In this document: positions 49,851 through 58,845 of the stretch, piece after piece
How positions within the stretch are numbered: position 1 is the stretch's first letter
How the letters are laid out: each line of letters begins with the position of its first letter
Origin: Nitrosopumilales archaeon
GTDB taxonomy: Archaea; Thermoproteota; Nitrososphaeria; Nitrososphaerales; Nitrososphaeraceae
Direction of reading: 5' to 3'
Length of the DNA: 64,000 bases
NCBI GenBank assembly: GCA_044507735.1
Contig: JBIQJB010000007.1
Location: forward strand, 1 to 64,000
Program-made: the position numbers and the translations under genes
Notes under the pieces: generated by a model
Told to the model about the DNA's origin: nothing
What the model saw: only the letters and a program-made list of their open reading frames with translations
Databases searched by the model: none

Positions 49851-51020
49851 TTGTCCAGCCAGGAGCAAATAGAAGATACGCCCAGTGATCCTCTGGTAGC
49901 AGCAGAAGTTAATGATGACAAGTTTTGGTTTTCACATTGGACGCACGAATATGAGGTCAAAGAGACTGGACCGATGAAGAAGGAATTCTTCTTGCTGAAA
50001 AATAAACCGCAGATAAAGATGGATTGGGACAATTGTACAATAAATATTGCGACAGCACTTGGCGATGGCAAGATAAGGCTTGTTGTACGAAGCAAGACTG
50101 ATAGAAATAGCGACTACATGGGTGACAAGCCTGTACAGATCCGGTTTATGCTAGGCATTGACGTTTCTCCAGATTCAATTTCAGAAGTACGCGCAGAACC
50201 ATACAAAATAGCTCGGGATTCCAAACGAAAAGATCTGAATTCCCTGAAAGAGGAAGAAGAGCGCGAGCGATGGGTGTTTAATTTGGGAAAAGAGGCAGAG
50301 GTGTGGCAGTGGGCCAACAATAATCAAGACATGAGATCAAGCAAGGTATTTGCGCTTCGAGAAAGGATAAGAAAGTTTCTAGACCTGCCAGAGGAACCCA
50401 GTGGGGGCAAGATATTCCGAGTAAAGGTAGAACAGCTTGACAAGGTAATACCAGTCATATATCAGCCAGCAGTAGATTCACTCGATAACTTTTTGCGCGA
50501 CGTGCACTGCCATATAAAGAATGAACAAGACAGCGATAATGTTGTTGATGTTGAAGTAACTCTAGTGTTCAATAATGAATATCTGCGCAGATTTTGGATA
50601 CTTGATCACAGCTACAAATGGTTCAGAAAAATAAAGTATGGAAGAATGTTGGATATCGAGACTTTTCACATTCATTTCGTCAAAGACAAGCTGAACGAAA
50701 ATTATTTCTTGTTTGAAGGGATCTATAGTGGATCCCACGACTTGCAGCAGGACGCTACTCACTTTGATGTGGGGAAACGTGTAGAACATGAAATAGCATA
50801 CTATTTGGCGGATCAATTCCATCCGATAGTGTTTGTCAATACATCCAACCATGCAATGTCGGAGCACGATAATAACCATGGGCTATGGAAATGGGAGTAT
50901 ATTCCATGGATAAAAAAGGCTCCCATAAAGCTTGGCAACAAGAGCCGAAAGCAGATAGATGCAGAGTATCTGACAATATTTGATAGGTTTATCAGACTGT
51001 TAAGCAAGCTTGGAAATTGA
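49851..51020 (+). CDS. Hypothetical protein with a conserved-looking His/Asp-rich C-terminal domain
   Basis: 389-aa intact ORF; YGR..DIETF, HPIVFVNTSNHAM and WKWEY. Confidence 0.8.
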   Translation: MSSQEQIEDTPSDPLVAAEVNDDKFWFSHWTHEYEVKETGPMKKEFFLLKNKPQIKMDWDNCTINIATALGDGKIRLVVRSKTDRNSDYMGDKPVQIRFMLGIDVSPDSISEVRAEPYKIARDSKRKDLNSLKEEEERERWVFNLGKEAEVWQWANNNQDMRSSKVFALRERIRKFLDLPEEPSGGKIFRVKVEQLDKVIPVIYQPAVDSLDNFLRDVHCHIKNEQDSDNVVDVEVTLVFNNEYLRRFWILDHSYKWFRKIKYGRMLDIETFHIHFVKDKLNENYFLFEGIYSGSHDLQQDATHFDVGKRVEHEIAYYLADQFHPIVFVNTSNHAMSEHDNNHGLWKWEYIPWIKKAPIKLGNKSRKQIDAEYLTIFDRFIRLLSKLGN

Positions 51021-51084
51021 TCTTTCATTGGCATCGCACCATTATTCTCGTTTTTGGAAAAAAGATATAGCATGCGTGTAATAA

Positions 51085-51272
51085 GCGAGGATATATCATT
51101 TCGGCATAGCATGATTCAAGCCTGGAGTTTGAGTTAGTAGGGTCTTTTTTACAAAATAGAGCTCTAATGGAGCACATATTGCCGCTCTAGCGGCTATATT
51201 GATATTATATCTCGCCTGCAATAACATTGCCCCTAAATTGTCAAGAGACCTACTGTAACAAGAATAGCCAAA
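51085..51272 (+). repeat. ~190-bp imperfect direct repeat, copy 1
   Basis: GCGAGGATATATCATT...TGGAGTTTGA...GCCTGCAATAA...TGTCAAGAGACCT.CTGTAACAAGAATAGCCAAA shared with 52847-53035. Confidence 0.9.
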
Positions 51273-51422
51273 TGAGATAGAAATATTGTTGGGTTTCTAC
51301 GTCAAGATTGGCAAGAGACCATCCCAATACAGCACGGTCTCCATTTCATCAACAATTTCCAATTCGCTGGCAAAAGTGCCAGAATGTCTTGCCAGCAGGA
51401 TAGAAATTTGAATATGAAAAGG

Positions 51423-51443
51423 TGTGAAGTGCGGGATTTGAAC
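51423..51443 (-). repeat. tRNA 3'-end-like fragment (att-like), copy 1
   Basis: Minus strand GTTCAAATCCCGCACTTCACA = T-loop, 3' T-stem and acceptor strand. Confidence 0.6.
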
Positions 51444-51466
51444 AAACCCCGCATGTCGCCTCTCTA

Positions 51467-52549
51467 TTATTGGGCCACTTCCTGCGTTTCTTCACGCGGT
51501 CCTTCGGTAGGTATCTGTATGAAGGGAGTGCCTCCTTCACCTACGACCAGGGGAAGCCTTCCATCCCACTGCTGAGTCTTGAGCCACTCCAGATAATGCG
51601 GGTTGTTCCTTAGCTGCTCGTCGATAATCCTTATGGCTTCGGCTTCTCCTTGCGCTTCAAGGATGTTTGCCTGCCTCAGGCCCTCTGCGCGAGCAATGTT
51701 TGCCTGCTGCTCTCCGATGGCTCTTGCTTCTGCCTGCTGGGCTTCTATTTCGATCCTGCGAAGCTCGTTGCTGGCCTGAAGCGCCCTCTGCTCTGCTTCA
51801 ACCTTGGCCTCGACAGCCCTTGTGAACTGGTCAGAGAACTTGAATTCTGTGATTGAAATGGTTTCTACGATTACATTGTATGTTGCAAGCCTCTGCTTTA
51901 TCTGCTGCTCAATCTCTGTTTTCACCGTCTCTCTTTTTGTAATCAGTTCCTCCGCGTTGAACCTGGCTGTTACCTGCTTTACCGATTCCTGGATTGCAGG
52001 GCTTATGACTCTGGTTCCATATTCATATCCCAGCTGCTGGTACAGTATCTGAGCATTTTCTGGGCTCACATGATAGTTCAGTGCAACTTCTGTCCTGACG
52101 TCCTGCAGGTCCTTGGATGCCGAAGCTGCGCTCTCGACTGTCTTGAGCGTCCTAACTTCTACTTGTATGACGTTATCTCTAAACGGCGTCACAAGATGAA
52201 GTCCTTCAGGTAACGAACGTGTTGTATCCACAGCTCCAAACTGGAGCAAGACTCCTCTGTGACCCGCTTCGACTATCTTGATGCTTGACGCAAGCACTAT
52301 TGACAGCACTATCACTCCAATGACAGCAGGTATCGCTATCTTCGTTATCTTCTTTGGATAGCCGTTGCTTATGCCCCTGTAAGAACGCGGGTCTTCTAAC
52401 GGCTCTCCTTCCGGGGTGGTGTTTCTGCCCGGATATATTTTTCTTCCATAGGATCGCGCTAAAGATATCCGCCTGTAGGCGATGAATCCAATGATTCCAA
52501 GTATTATGACAGTGATTGCAATCGAAATTATAGTGCCTGCTTCAACCAT
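51467..52549 (-). CDS. Prohibitin/SPFH (band 7) family protein
   Basis: IVEAGHRGV..FG, EGLH..PF, ASKDLQ, FNAEELITKR, EAKVEAEQ and WDGRLP. Confidence 0.93.
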   Translation of the reverse strand: MVEAGTIISIAITVIILGIIGFIAYRRISLARSYGRKIYPGRNTTPEGEPLEDPRSYRGISNGYPKKITKIAIPAVIGVIVLSIVLASSIKIVEAGHRGVLLQFGAVDTTRSLPEGLHLVTPFRDNVIQVEVRTLKTVESAASASKDLQDVRTEVALNYHVSPENAQILYQQLGYEYGTRVISPAIQESVKQVTARFNAEELITKRETVKTEIEQQIKQRLATYNVIVETISITEFKFSDQFTRAVEAKVEAEQRALQASNELRRIEIEAQQAEARAIGEQQANIARAEGLRQANILEAQGEAEAIRIIDEQLRNNPHYLEWLKTQQWDGRLPLVVGEGGTPFIQIPTEGPREETQEVAQ

Positions 52550-52710
52550 TGTTCAGCTCCTCCGAGCAACAGTTTCTGTCTAGAAATCTATTAGACAAAA
52601 TGTTTCTTACTCTAACCATTAGTAAAATGATCTACAGTCATCATTATTAAGTTCTTGCAGTGAGAGCATTCTGATTACTACTACTACAACATTTATTTTG
52701 TTAAAGTGAA

Positions 52711-52732
52711 TGCGAAGTGCAGGATTTGAACC
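52711..52732 (-). repeat. tRNA 3'-end-like fragment (att-like), copy 2
   Basis: Minus strand GGTTCAAATCCTGCACTTCGCA. Confidence 0.62.
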
Positions 52733-52846
52733 TCGCATTATAGTCGTTGTCATCCTTCTCCGAAATATCGTCATCGTTCAATAGCCTATTTTCAAAAACC
52801 GTTCGAGCAAGAAGGAAATGTAATAATGTCAAATGCTTACGGATTT

Positions 52847-53035
52847 GCGAGGATATATCATTGCGGCACGGCATGACTCATACCTTGGAGTTTGAATTAG
52901 CAAGGTCTTCTTTTTACAGAATATAGATCTAGTAGAGTATATTGCCGCAATCGATTTTGACGACAGCATCATTGCCTGCAATAATGCTGCTCCCAAAAAA
53001 ATGTCAAGAGACCTCCTGTAACAAGAATAGCCAAA
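52847..53035 (+). repeat. ~190-bp imperfect direct repeat, copy 2 (leader of the DUF4157 gene)
   Basis: Aligns with 51085-51272; ends 40 nt before ATG 53075. Confidence 0.9.
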
Positions 53036-53074
53036 ACTTATCTAGAAGAGCCAAGTAAGGGAACAACAATATCG

Positions 53075-54673
53075 ATGTCGTTCATTTTGCATCGCACAGA
53101 GAAGAATAAGGCGGCCAACAGCAAATCATCAGATGCTGCCAAAACCCATATCCAAAATAGTTTGGTCAATAATGGTCCTCAGGAATCTGTTGTTAATCTA
53201 CAACGATTCAATCGCAGCCAAGAATCACTAATAACAAGACTCCGCTCAAATGAAAGCTTGTTTGATTTCTCCACAATTCGTATTCAACCAAAGCTAAAAG
53301 TGAGCCAGCCAGGAGATGCCTATGAACAAGAGGCTGACAGAATTGCTGATGCGGTAATCGCAACTCCCGTTACCAATCCTGCTCCCGTCACAGTCACACA
53401 TACTCAGCCCAAGTTGCATGCGAGGCGCAGTTGTAGTACTTGCAAGGGCGCCAGAAAAGATAAGGATGAAAAATTTCAGACATCAAATCTTGAGATAGGA
53501 AGAAAAGCTACCAACAACAACTCCTCTAGCCTCAAGACATCTGATCAAATAACCAATGAGATCAACACTGCTATCAAGTCTGACAGTGGTAAAGCGCTTG
53601 ATCCTTCAACAAGACATTTCATGGAAACTCAATTTGGTCATGATTTTTCAACCGTTCGGATACATACTGATCAGAAAGCAGTTCAATCAGCCCAACTCCT
53701 TAACGCACATGCCTATACTGTAGGAACTGATATCGTATTTGACGATGCTCAATATCAACCTGATACGACTGAAGGAAAAAGACTGCTTGCTCATGAACTG
53801 ACGCATGTAGTGCAGCAAAGCTCGGCACCGCTGCAAGAATCGCAGCCAGGAGCATCATACGGATCTGCTGCCGCAGCCTCGCTTTATGTACAGCGCGACC
53901 TTGCTCGCCCGCCCACGGGGGCACCTGATGCACTGGTTGAACTGACACCGGAGCAGATTGAAGAAGCAATAGCGTTTAATGAGTCTCAATTTACAGACCC
54001 ATACTCTATTCTTCGGATCCGCGACGTGCTGGGAATCGAACCAATAGGAATAGTAGATGAAGCTCTAATTAGAGCTGTAGTTCAGTGGCAGTCAGAGTTT
54101 CATCTACAACAAGACGGTAAAATCGGCTTGGCAACATTTCGGTCAATAATAAGGGAGCTGCAGGCAGAAGGTCAGCGCGATGATGTTATCGTACTCATAA
54201 TCGACTTTTTCCACATGCCCACCCGCGGACTGGTTTCCATCCGTTTTGACTCTACAGTTGCGGCTAATGCTTCTACAAGCGGACCAATTCCAGGCAATTC
54301 CACAGTACGTGTTGGACCTGCCGCCTTTGCACAGGGGTTCGCCGGCCTGGTACATACCATTAGACACGAACTAGAACACGTGCAGCAGCGCCGAGCTGGA
54401 ATGTTGAACCAAAACTTGCGCGAGTTCCTTGCAGAGTCTGTTGAGATACTTAGCGTTGGAATGCCTCGGGAAAATGTGGCCGGCTTTATGGATGATGCAG
54501 GTCGCGCTCTGCATTTCTGGAATCTGCTTTCAGTTGCAGAACAGAGGGCAAACTGGGCGCAATTTGAGCGTGTAAGAGATGAGGTTCGTCGCAGATTCAA
54601 TGGCGCACCTGCAGCAGAGCAGGCAACGCATCAAGCTCTAATGGATTCATACAATGCAGTAGTTCAACCATGA
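53075..54673 (+). CDS. DUF4157 (eCIS core domain) effector with a peptidoglycan-binding-like domain and C-terminal HExxH metallopeptidase
   Basis: IQPKLKVSQPGDAYEQEAD; G..LD..TR.FME.QFGHDFSTVRIHTD..AHAYTVG.DIVF..LLAHELTHVVQQ; AVVQWQ..L.QDGKIGLAT; HTIRHELEHVQQ. Confidence 0.88.
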   Translation: MSFILHRTEKNKAANSKSSDAAKTHIQNSLVNNGPQESVVNLQRFNRSQESLITRLRSNESLFDFSTIRIQPKLKVSQPGDAYEQEADRIADAVIATPVTNPAPVTVTHTQPKLHARRSCSTCKGARKDKDEKFQTSNLEIGRKATNNNSSSLKTSDQITNEINTAIKSDSGKALDPSTRHFMETQFGHDFSTVRIHTDQKAVQSAQLLNAHAYTVGTDIVFDDAQYQPDTTEGKRLLAHELTHVVQQSSAPLQESQPGASYGSAAAASLYVQRDLARPPTGAPDALVELTPEQIEEAIAFNESQFTDPYSILRIRDVLGIEPIGIVDEALIRAVVQWQSEFHLQQDGKIGLATFRSIIRELQAEGQRDDVIVLIIDFFHMPTRGLVSIRFDSTVAANASTSGPIPGNSTVRVGPAAFAQGFAGLVHTIRHELEHVQQRRAGMLNQNLREFLAESVEILSVGMPRENVAGFMDDAGRALHFWNLLSVAEQRANWAQFERVRDEVRRRFNGAPAAEQATHQALMDSYNAVVQP

Positions 54674-54723
54674 TGATGATAATGGGCATTATTATTCGCT
54701 AGAATGGTGGGAACAAACAAATC

Positions 54724-55173
54724 ATGACATCGGGTCCTCTAAGACTGGAAATAAGCGTACAAAAACAAGTTATTCACTTTGGAGCACCTTGCCAAGTCCT
54801 AGTCAAACTTTCAAATGAAGGGCTGAAATCCCAAATGGTCAATAAACGCCTGGCTATAGGCTATAGAGACAACATTTCTCGCGAAATATTTGCAGATCTA
54901 ATAAATCTCGATACGGGCGAGCCTGCCAGAATAGATGCAGTTGATTACAACAGAAATTTTTCCCCCGCTTCTGATTATGTTTACTTGCAACCGGGTGAAA
55001 CTATATCGACATTATTTGACCTTTTCGAGTGGTATCCTCCAGTATATGATGGGACTTACAGATTAGTTGTATACTATCAAGCAGACGAACCGATGGCCAC
55101 AGCGGCTCCACCAGATGTAGTTTCAGGAGTAATTGAGAGCAATCAAATTGTCTTGACCATCACTAAGCAGTAA
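54724..55173 (+). CDS. Ig-like protein resembling metalloprotease propeptide/inhibitor domains; candidate immunity protein
   Basis: LRLEISV..VLVKLSNEG..DYVYLQPGETISTLFDL..Y..GTYRL..IESN.IVLTI; immediately downstream of the effector. Confidence 0.7.
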   Translation: MTSGPLRLEISVQKQVIHFGAPCQVLVKLSNEGLKSQMVNKRLAIGYRDNISREIFADLINLDTGEPARIDAVDYNRNFSPASDYVYLQPGETISTLFDLFEWYPPVYDGTYRLVVYYQADEPMATAAPPDVVSGVIESNQIVLTITKQ

Positions 55174-55371
55174 GAAAACTTCTTGAACATCTATGGTTCA
55201 CAGAACAATGCGGCAATTGCGAAAGTGACACGATGTATTCCTCCTCAGAAATGTACACACATAGCTGATCACGCTTTTGTAGTTCTCGATCGATATGGCA
55301 GAGATATTTGCATCAGACCGCATCAAAAGTGACAACACTTTTCTAGTCCATCGAATTATGATATCATCGCT

Positions 55372-56898
55372 GTGGCATTGCACGCATTGGCAAAAAGTGT
55401 GAATAAGGAAAAAATGGGCAATGCGTATTGGTCAAAAGAACCAATGTATCCCAGCTTGTCTCGGTCTGCCAATCCTACGAGACATTCTCAGAATTCTACC
55501 CATTATTATTACCAAAAATCATCGTCATCTATCAGTGACGGGGAAAAGGCCATTCATAGCAGTACATCTTCATCTTCATCATCATTTGATTTTTCAAAAA
55601 TTGGAATCCAACCAAAGTTAAGAATCAGCCAGTCAGATGATGTCTATGAAAAAGAAGCCGATGAAATTGCTGGCCAAATAGTAGGAAGTGGCGCAGACTC
55701 TGCTTACTATCCTAGTGTAGCCGCGGTTGGAGCAAGAAACCTTCAGCAATCACCATCAAGTGACATGGATGATGGAAATCTACATGAGGATCTCTCTGAT
55801 CATAACGCTAATAGGGTAAAGAGCGTACTCAACTCAGGAGGACAACCACTTGATTCATCGACGCGCTTGTTGATGGAATCGCGATTTGGCTACGACTTTG
55901 GTCAAATAAGGATACATACGGGAAGTGACGCCTCGGCTTCTGCAGAGTCGGTAGGAGCCTTGGCGTATACTGCGGGACAGGATATTGTTTTTCGTGAAGG
56001 AATGTACTCGCCACTGACAGACGCAGGTCAAAGGTTGATTGCACATGAACTGGTGCACGCCATACAGCAGGAAAAAGCCAGCACAAAGGCCGTGACGACG
56101 ATGACGGCAGCAGGTAATAATAGTCTTCTGCTGCAGCGCCAAGAAGCAAAAGAAGAAAGCCAAGGTAAGAAAAAAGAGGATGATAATAATACAGGCGAAG
56201 TCATAGCAGAAGGATTAAAGACTGTGGCAGAACAGGCGGTGGATAACAATCCCAAAGTCAAAAAAGAGATAATAGAACCGTTGGAAAAGGCTGCGAAGAA
56301 AAAGGTGGAGAGCATGTCGACAGGAGAAAAGGCAGCGGTTGTGAGTTTTGGTGTCGCAACAGTTGGTCTTGCAGGCGGTGCGCTATTATCTGATCCAAAG
56401 GGGCGCGAGCTTTTAGAGGGGATAAATCTGGGCGCTCCACTTGCACTCATTCCATACATGCCCTTGACAGGTTTTAGCTATAAACTGCCAAGCGGTGATA
56501 CGGGAGAAAAAAGTCAGTTTAGGTTTGAAACGACTTTTTCCGGTAATGACTATCTAAAGTTACTTACCGAGCGCAAGGATTTTCCCAAAATGTCACTGGG
56601 AGTCAAGATGCAGTGGGGATATGACCCCAATACAGAACAACTAAGAGTGCTTGGAGCTCAGGCTCAACTTGGTCTTATGCCTGGAGTGAGCATAGCTGGC
56701 GGCACTTATCCTAACATACTTTCGATGCCTCAGACTTTTATAACTCCAGAAGGGCAGATGGTAACGAGTAAAAAGCGGATCCCAGATGTGGGCGGAGAGT
56801 CCATTCCCGATACGCGTGTAATGCTGAGCATAGACTTGCTCAAACTGGACAAGCGGATAATAGGCAAGAGACTTTACAATATTTTGCACTCCTTTTAG
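55372..56898 (+). CDS. Second DUF4157 (eCIS core domain) protein with an unrelated C-terminal payload
   Basis: FDFSKIGIQPKLRISQSDDVYEKEAD; GQPLD..MESRFGYDFGQIRIHT..ALAYTAGQDIVF..LIAHELVHAIQQ; the start may be ATG 55414. Confidence 0.88.
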   Translation: MALHALAKSVNKEKMGNAYWSKEPMYPSLSRSANPTRHSQNSTHYYYQKSSSSISDGEKAIHSSTSSSSSSFDFSKIGIQPKLRISQSDDVYEKEADEIAGQIVGSGADSAYYPSVAAVGARNLQQSPSSDMDDGNLHEDLSDHNANRVKSVLNSGGQPLDSSTRLLMESRFGYDFGQIRIHTGSDASASAESVGALAYTAGQDIVFREGMYSPLTDAGQRLIAHELVHAIQQEKASTKAVTTMTAAGNNSLLLQRQEAKEESQGKKKEDDNNTGEVIAEGLKTVAEQAVDNNPKVKKEIIEPLEKAAKKKVESMSTGEKAAVVSFGVATVGLAGGALLSDPKGRELLEGINLGAPLALIPYMPLTGFSYKLPSGDTGEKSQFRFETTFSGNDYLKLLTERKDFPKMSLGVKMQWGYDPNTEQLRVLGAQAQLGLMPGVSIAGGTYPNILSMPQTFITPEGQMVTSKKRIPDVGGESIPDTRVMLSIDLLKLDKRIIGKRLYNILHSF

Positions 56899-57206
56899 GA
56901 GAGAAAAACTATTGATTGCAAATGCCCCTAAATTGAGCTAGATAATCCTCAAGGCTAGTGAACAGGTTGAATTATGTGAAATATGCGATGATGTATTAAT
57001 TACTACAAGTGTAAGTGTCTAATCTCATTGCAAGACATTCTATATGAATGGGAAGACATCCCAGTGCAACATTTATCACGAATCCTTTTTGAGTCAAGCG
57101 TAGCCCAAGGATCATATTGATGTGGAGCATCGAATCGCAAATTCAAAAATAAAAGATGCGACAATGATCCTTACTATGTTGCTTAGACTACAACCTTGCA
57201 AATGAT

Positions 57207-57413
57207 GTGATCAATGCCAACCTGAGCCTTGACACCGTTTCTGGATCGTGTGATGCTGCTTCATTCCTTGACCACTTCTCGTTCACTCCTGTCAAAAAGG
57301 ACTTGCCGACTGGCGCAGCAATCAGCCCGGGCTCGGTGACGATCTATGTCAATGTGTACGACCTAGTAGGCGACATAGTGAAGTCAAAAGAGTTCAGAGA
57401 CCCAGACGTTTGA
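57207..57413 (+). pseudogene. Gene fragment near the right island end
   Basis: 68-aa ORF that looks like a truncated C-terminus; identity unknown. Confidence 0.3.
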
Positions 57414-57678
57414 GATAGAGAAGGATTTTACAGAGCAACTGTTGTTCGAGTCTGATCGACGGCGATACGTACAGGATGAGGGTATTCACCATCAGGGTGT
57501 GGCAGCACTCCGATAAAGTTCGGAGATAAAGATTACATGACGATTGTAGTCTAGCGGTCCTCTTTTCACAGTATTTGGCAGTACCTGCCGAGGCTTTGAT
57601 AGAAGGATTCAACCAATAAATTGGTATTAACCAACATTTTAGTAATCTTTTAATAACAAAAACCTACAACAACTGTCA

Positions 57679-58359
57679 TTGTCTCTTGCTGAAGCAATGG
57701 CAGCACTCAAGGCTGGGAAATTCGTTCTGGTCCACGACGACAAGGGACGCGAGAACGAGATTGATATGGTAGTAGCCGCGGAGCACGTCAAGCCGCACCA
57801 TGTTGCTACAATGAGAGAGGCTGCTGGTGGCTTGCTGTGCCTTGCAATTGCAAACGAGATCACCACAAAGCTTGGGCTGGTCTACATGCATGACATGATA
57901 GACAGGATGGGCAAAGTCAACCCGATATTTTCAAAGTTAACAGAGGGAAAAGCAGCATATGGCGACAAGCCTTCATTTTCGATCTCTATCAACCATCGCT
58001 CGACCTTTACCGGCATTACCGATAACGACAGGGCTCTAACGATATCCAAGATGGCAGAAGTCTGCAGAAATATTGATTTCGGAGGCGTTGAAGACTTTGC
58101 GAATAGCTTTCGCGCCCCTGGCCACGTTCCAATCCTGATAGCGTCAAGACGCCTGTTGCATGATCGGATGGGCCACACCGAGCTGTGCATCTATCTTGCA
58201 AAGCTCGCCGGAATCGTACCTGCAGTGGCCATGTGCGAAATGATGGATTCAGCTACACATGGGGCGCTTTCAATTGAAGCGGCACAGGAATACGCAGACA
58301 AATTCGGCATCCCGCTGGTTGATGCAAGCGAGCTCAAAGCTCACGCCAGGGTGGCATAA
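57679..58359 (+). CDS. ribB: 3,4-dihydroxy-2-butanone-4-phosphate synthase
   Basis: DDKGRENEID, TGITDNDRALT, FRAPGHV, RMGHTE and CEMM. Confidence 0.95.
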   Translation: MSLAEAMAALKAGKFVLVHDDKGRENEIDMVVAAEHVKPHHVATMREAAGGLLCLAIANEITTKLGLVYMHDMIDRMGKVNPIFSKLTEGKAAYGDKPSFSISINHRSTFTGITDNDRALTISKMAEVCRNIDFGGVEDFANSFRAPGHVPILIASRRLLHDRMGHTELCIYLAKLAGIVPAVAMCEMMDSATHGALSIEAAQEYADKFGIPLVDASELKAHARVA

Positions 58360-58365
58360 GCAAGA

Positions 58366-58845
58366 TTGGTAGTACGCATTGCAATAGTTGTTTCCGAGTT
58401 TAACAGCGAAGTCACTTTCAAGATGCTCGAACGCGCAAGGAACCATGCAGAAAAGGCAGGCGCCAAGGTCAGTCATGTCTTTTACGTGCCCGGTGCATTT
58501 GACATGCCGCTTGCAGTAGAGCAATTGCTAAGGAAAAGGAGCGTGGACGCAGTAGTCACGCTTGGCGCGGTGATAAAGGGGGATACGCGGCATGACGACA
58601 TTGTTGCAGAAAACGCTGCGAGGTTGATAGCTGACCTATCGCTAAAGTATGGAAAACCAGTCGCGCTTGGCATAACGGGACCCGGCATGACCGTCAACCA
58701 GGCAATAGAAAGGGTTAATCCCGTGCCTATCAGAGCAGTTGAGGCAGCAGCGAACATGGTTGTGCGTTTGAGAAAGCTACAAAAGGCAGCCAACAAGGGA
58801 ACTGTGGTAATAATAAATGATACAGCTTACAATAATCAGGATTGA
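58366..58845 (+). CDS. ribH: 6,7-dimethyl-8-ribityllumazine synthase
   Basis: IVVSEFN, VPGAFDMP, LGAVIKGDTRHD and KPVALG. Confidence 0.95.
   Translation: MVVRIAIVVSEFNSEVTFKMLERARNHAEKAGAKVSHVFYVPGAFDMPLAVEQLLRKRSVDAVVTLGAVIKGDTRHDDIVAENAARLIADLSLKYGKPVALGITGPGMTVNQAIERVNPVPIRAVEAAANMVVRLRKLQKAANKGTVVIINDTAYNNQD

Larger units (their letters stand above)
48743..57620. mobile_element. ~8.9-kb genomic island inserted in the 3' end of the riboflavin synthase gene, bounded by the 8-bp direct repeat CCAATAAA
   Basis: CCAATAAA at 48743-48750 and 57613-57620; separates ribE from ribB-ribH; AT-rich; contains an IS remnant. Confidence 0.7.

Noticed and set aside
51423-52732. Complete or split tRNA genes
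   Set aside because: Only 3' fragments; no D-arm or anticodon arm and no complementary leader for trans-splicing seen
51085-53035. CRISPR array or IS terminal repeats
   Set aside because: Only two long diverged direct copies; no regular repeat-spacer period, no cas genes, not inverted
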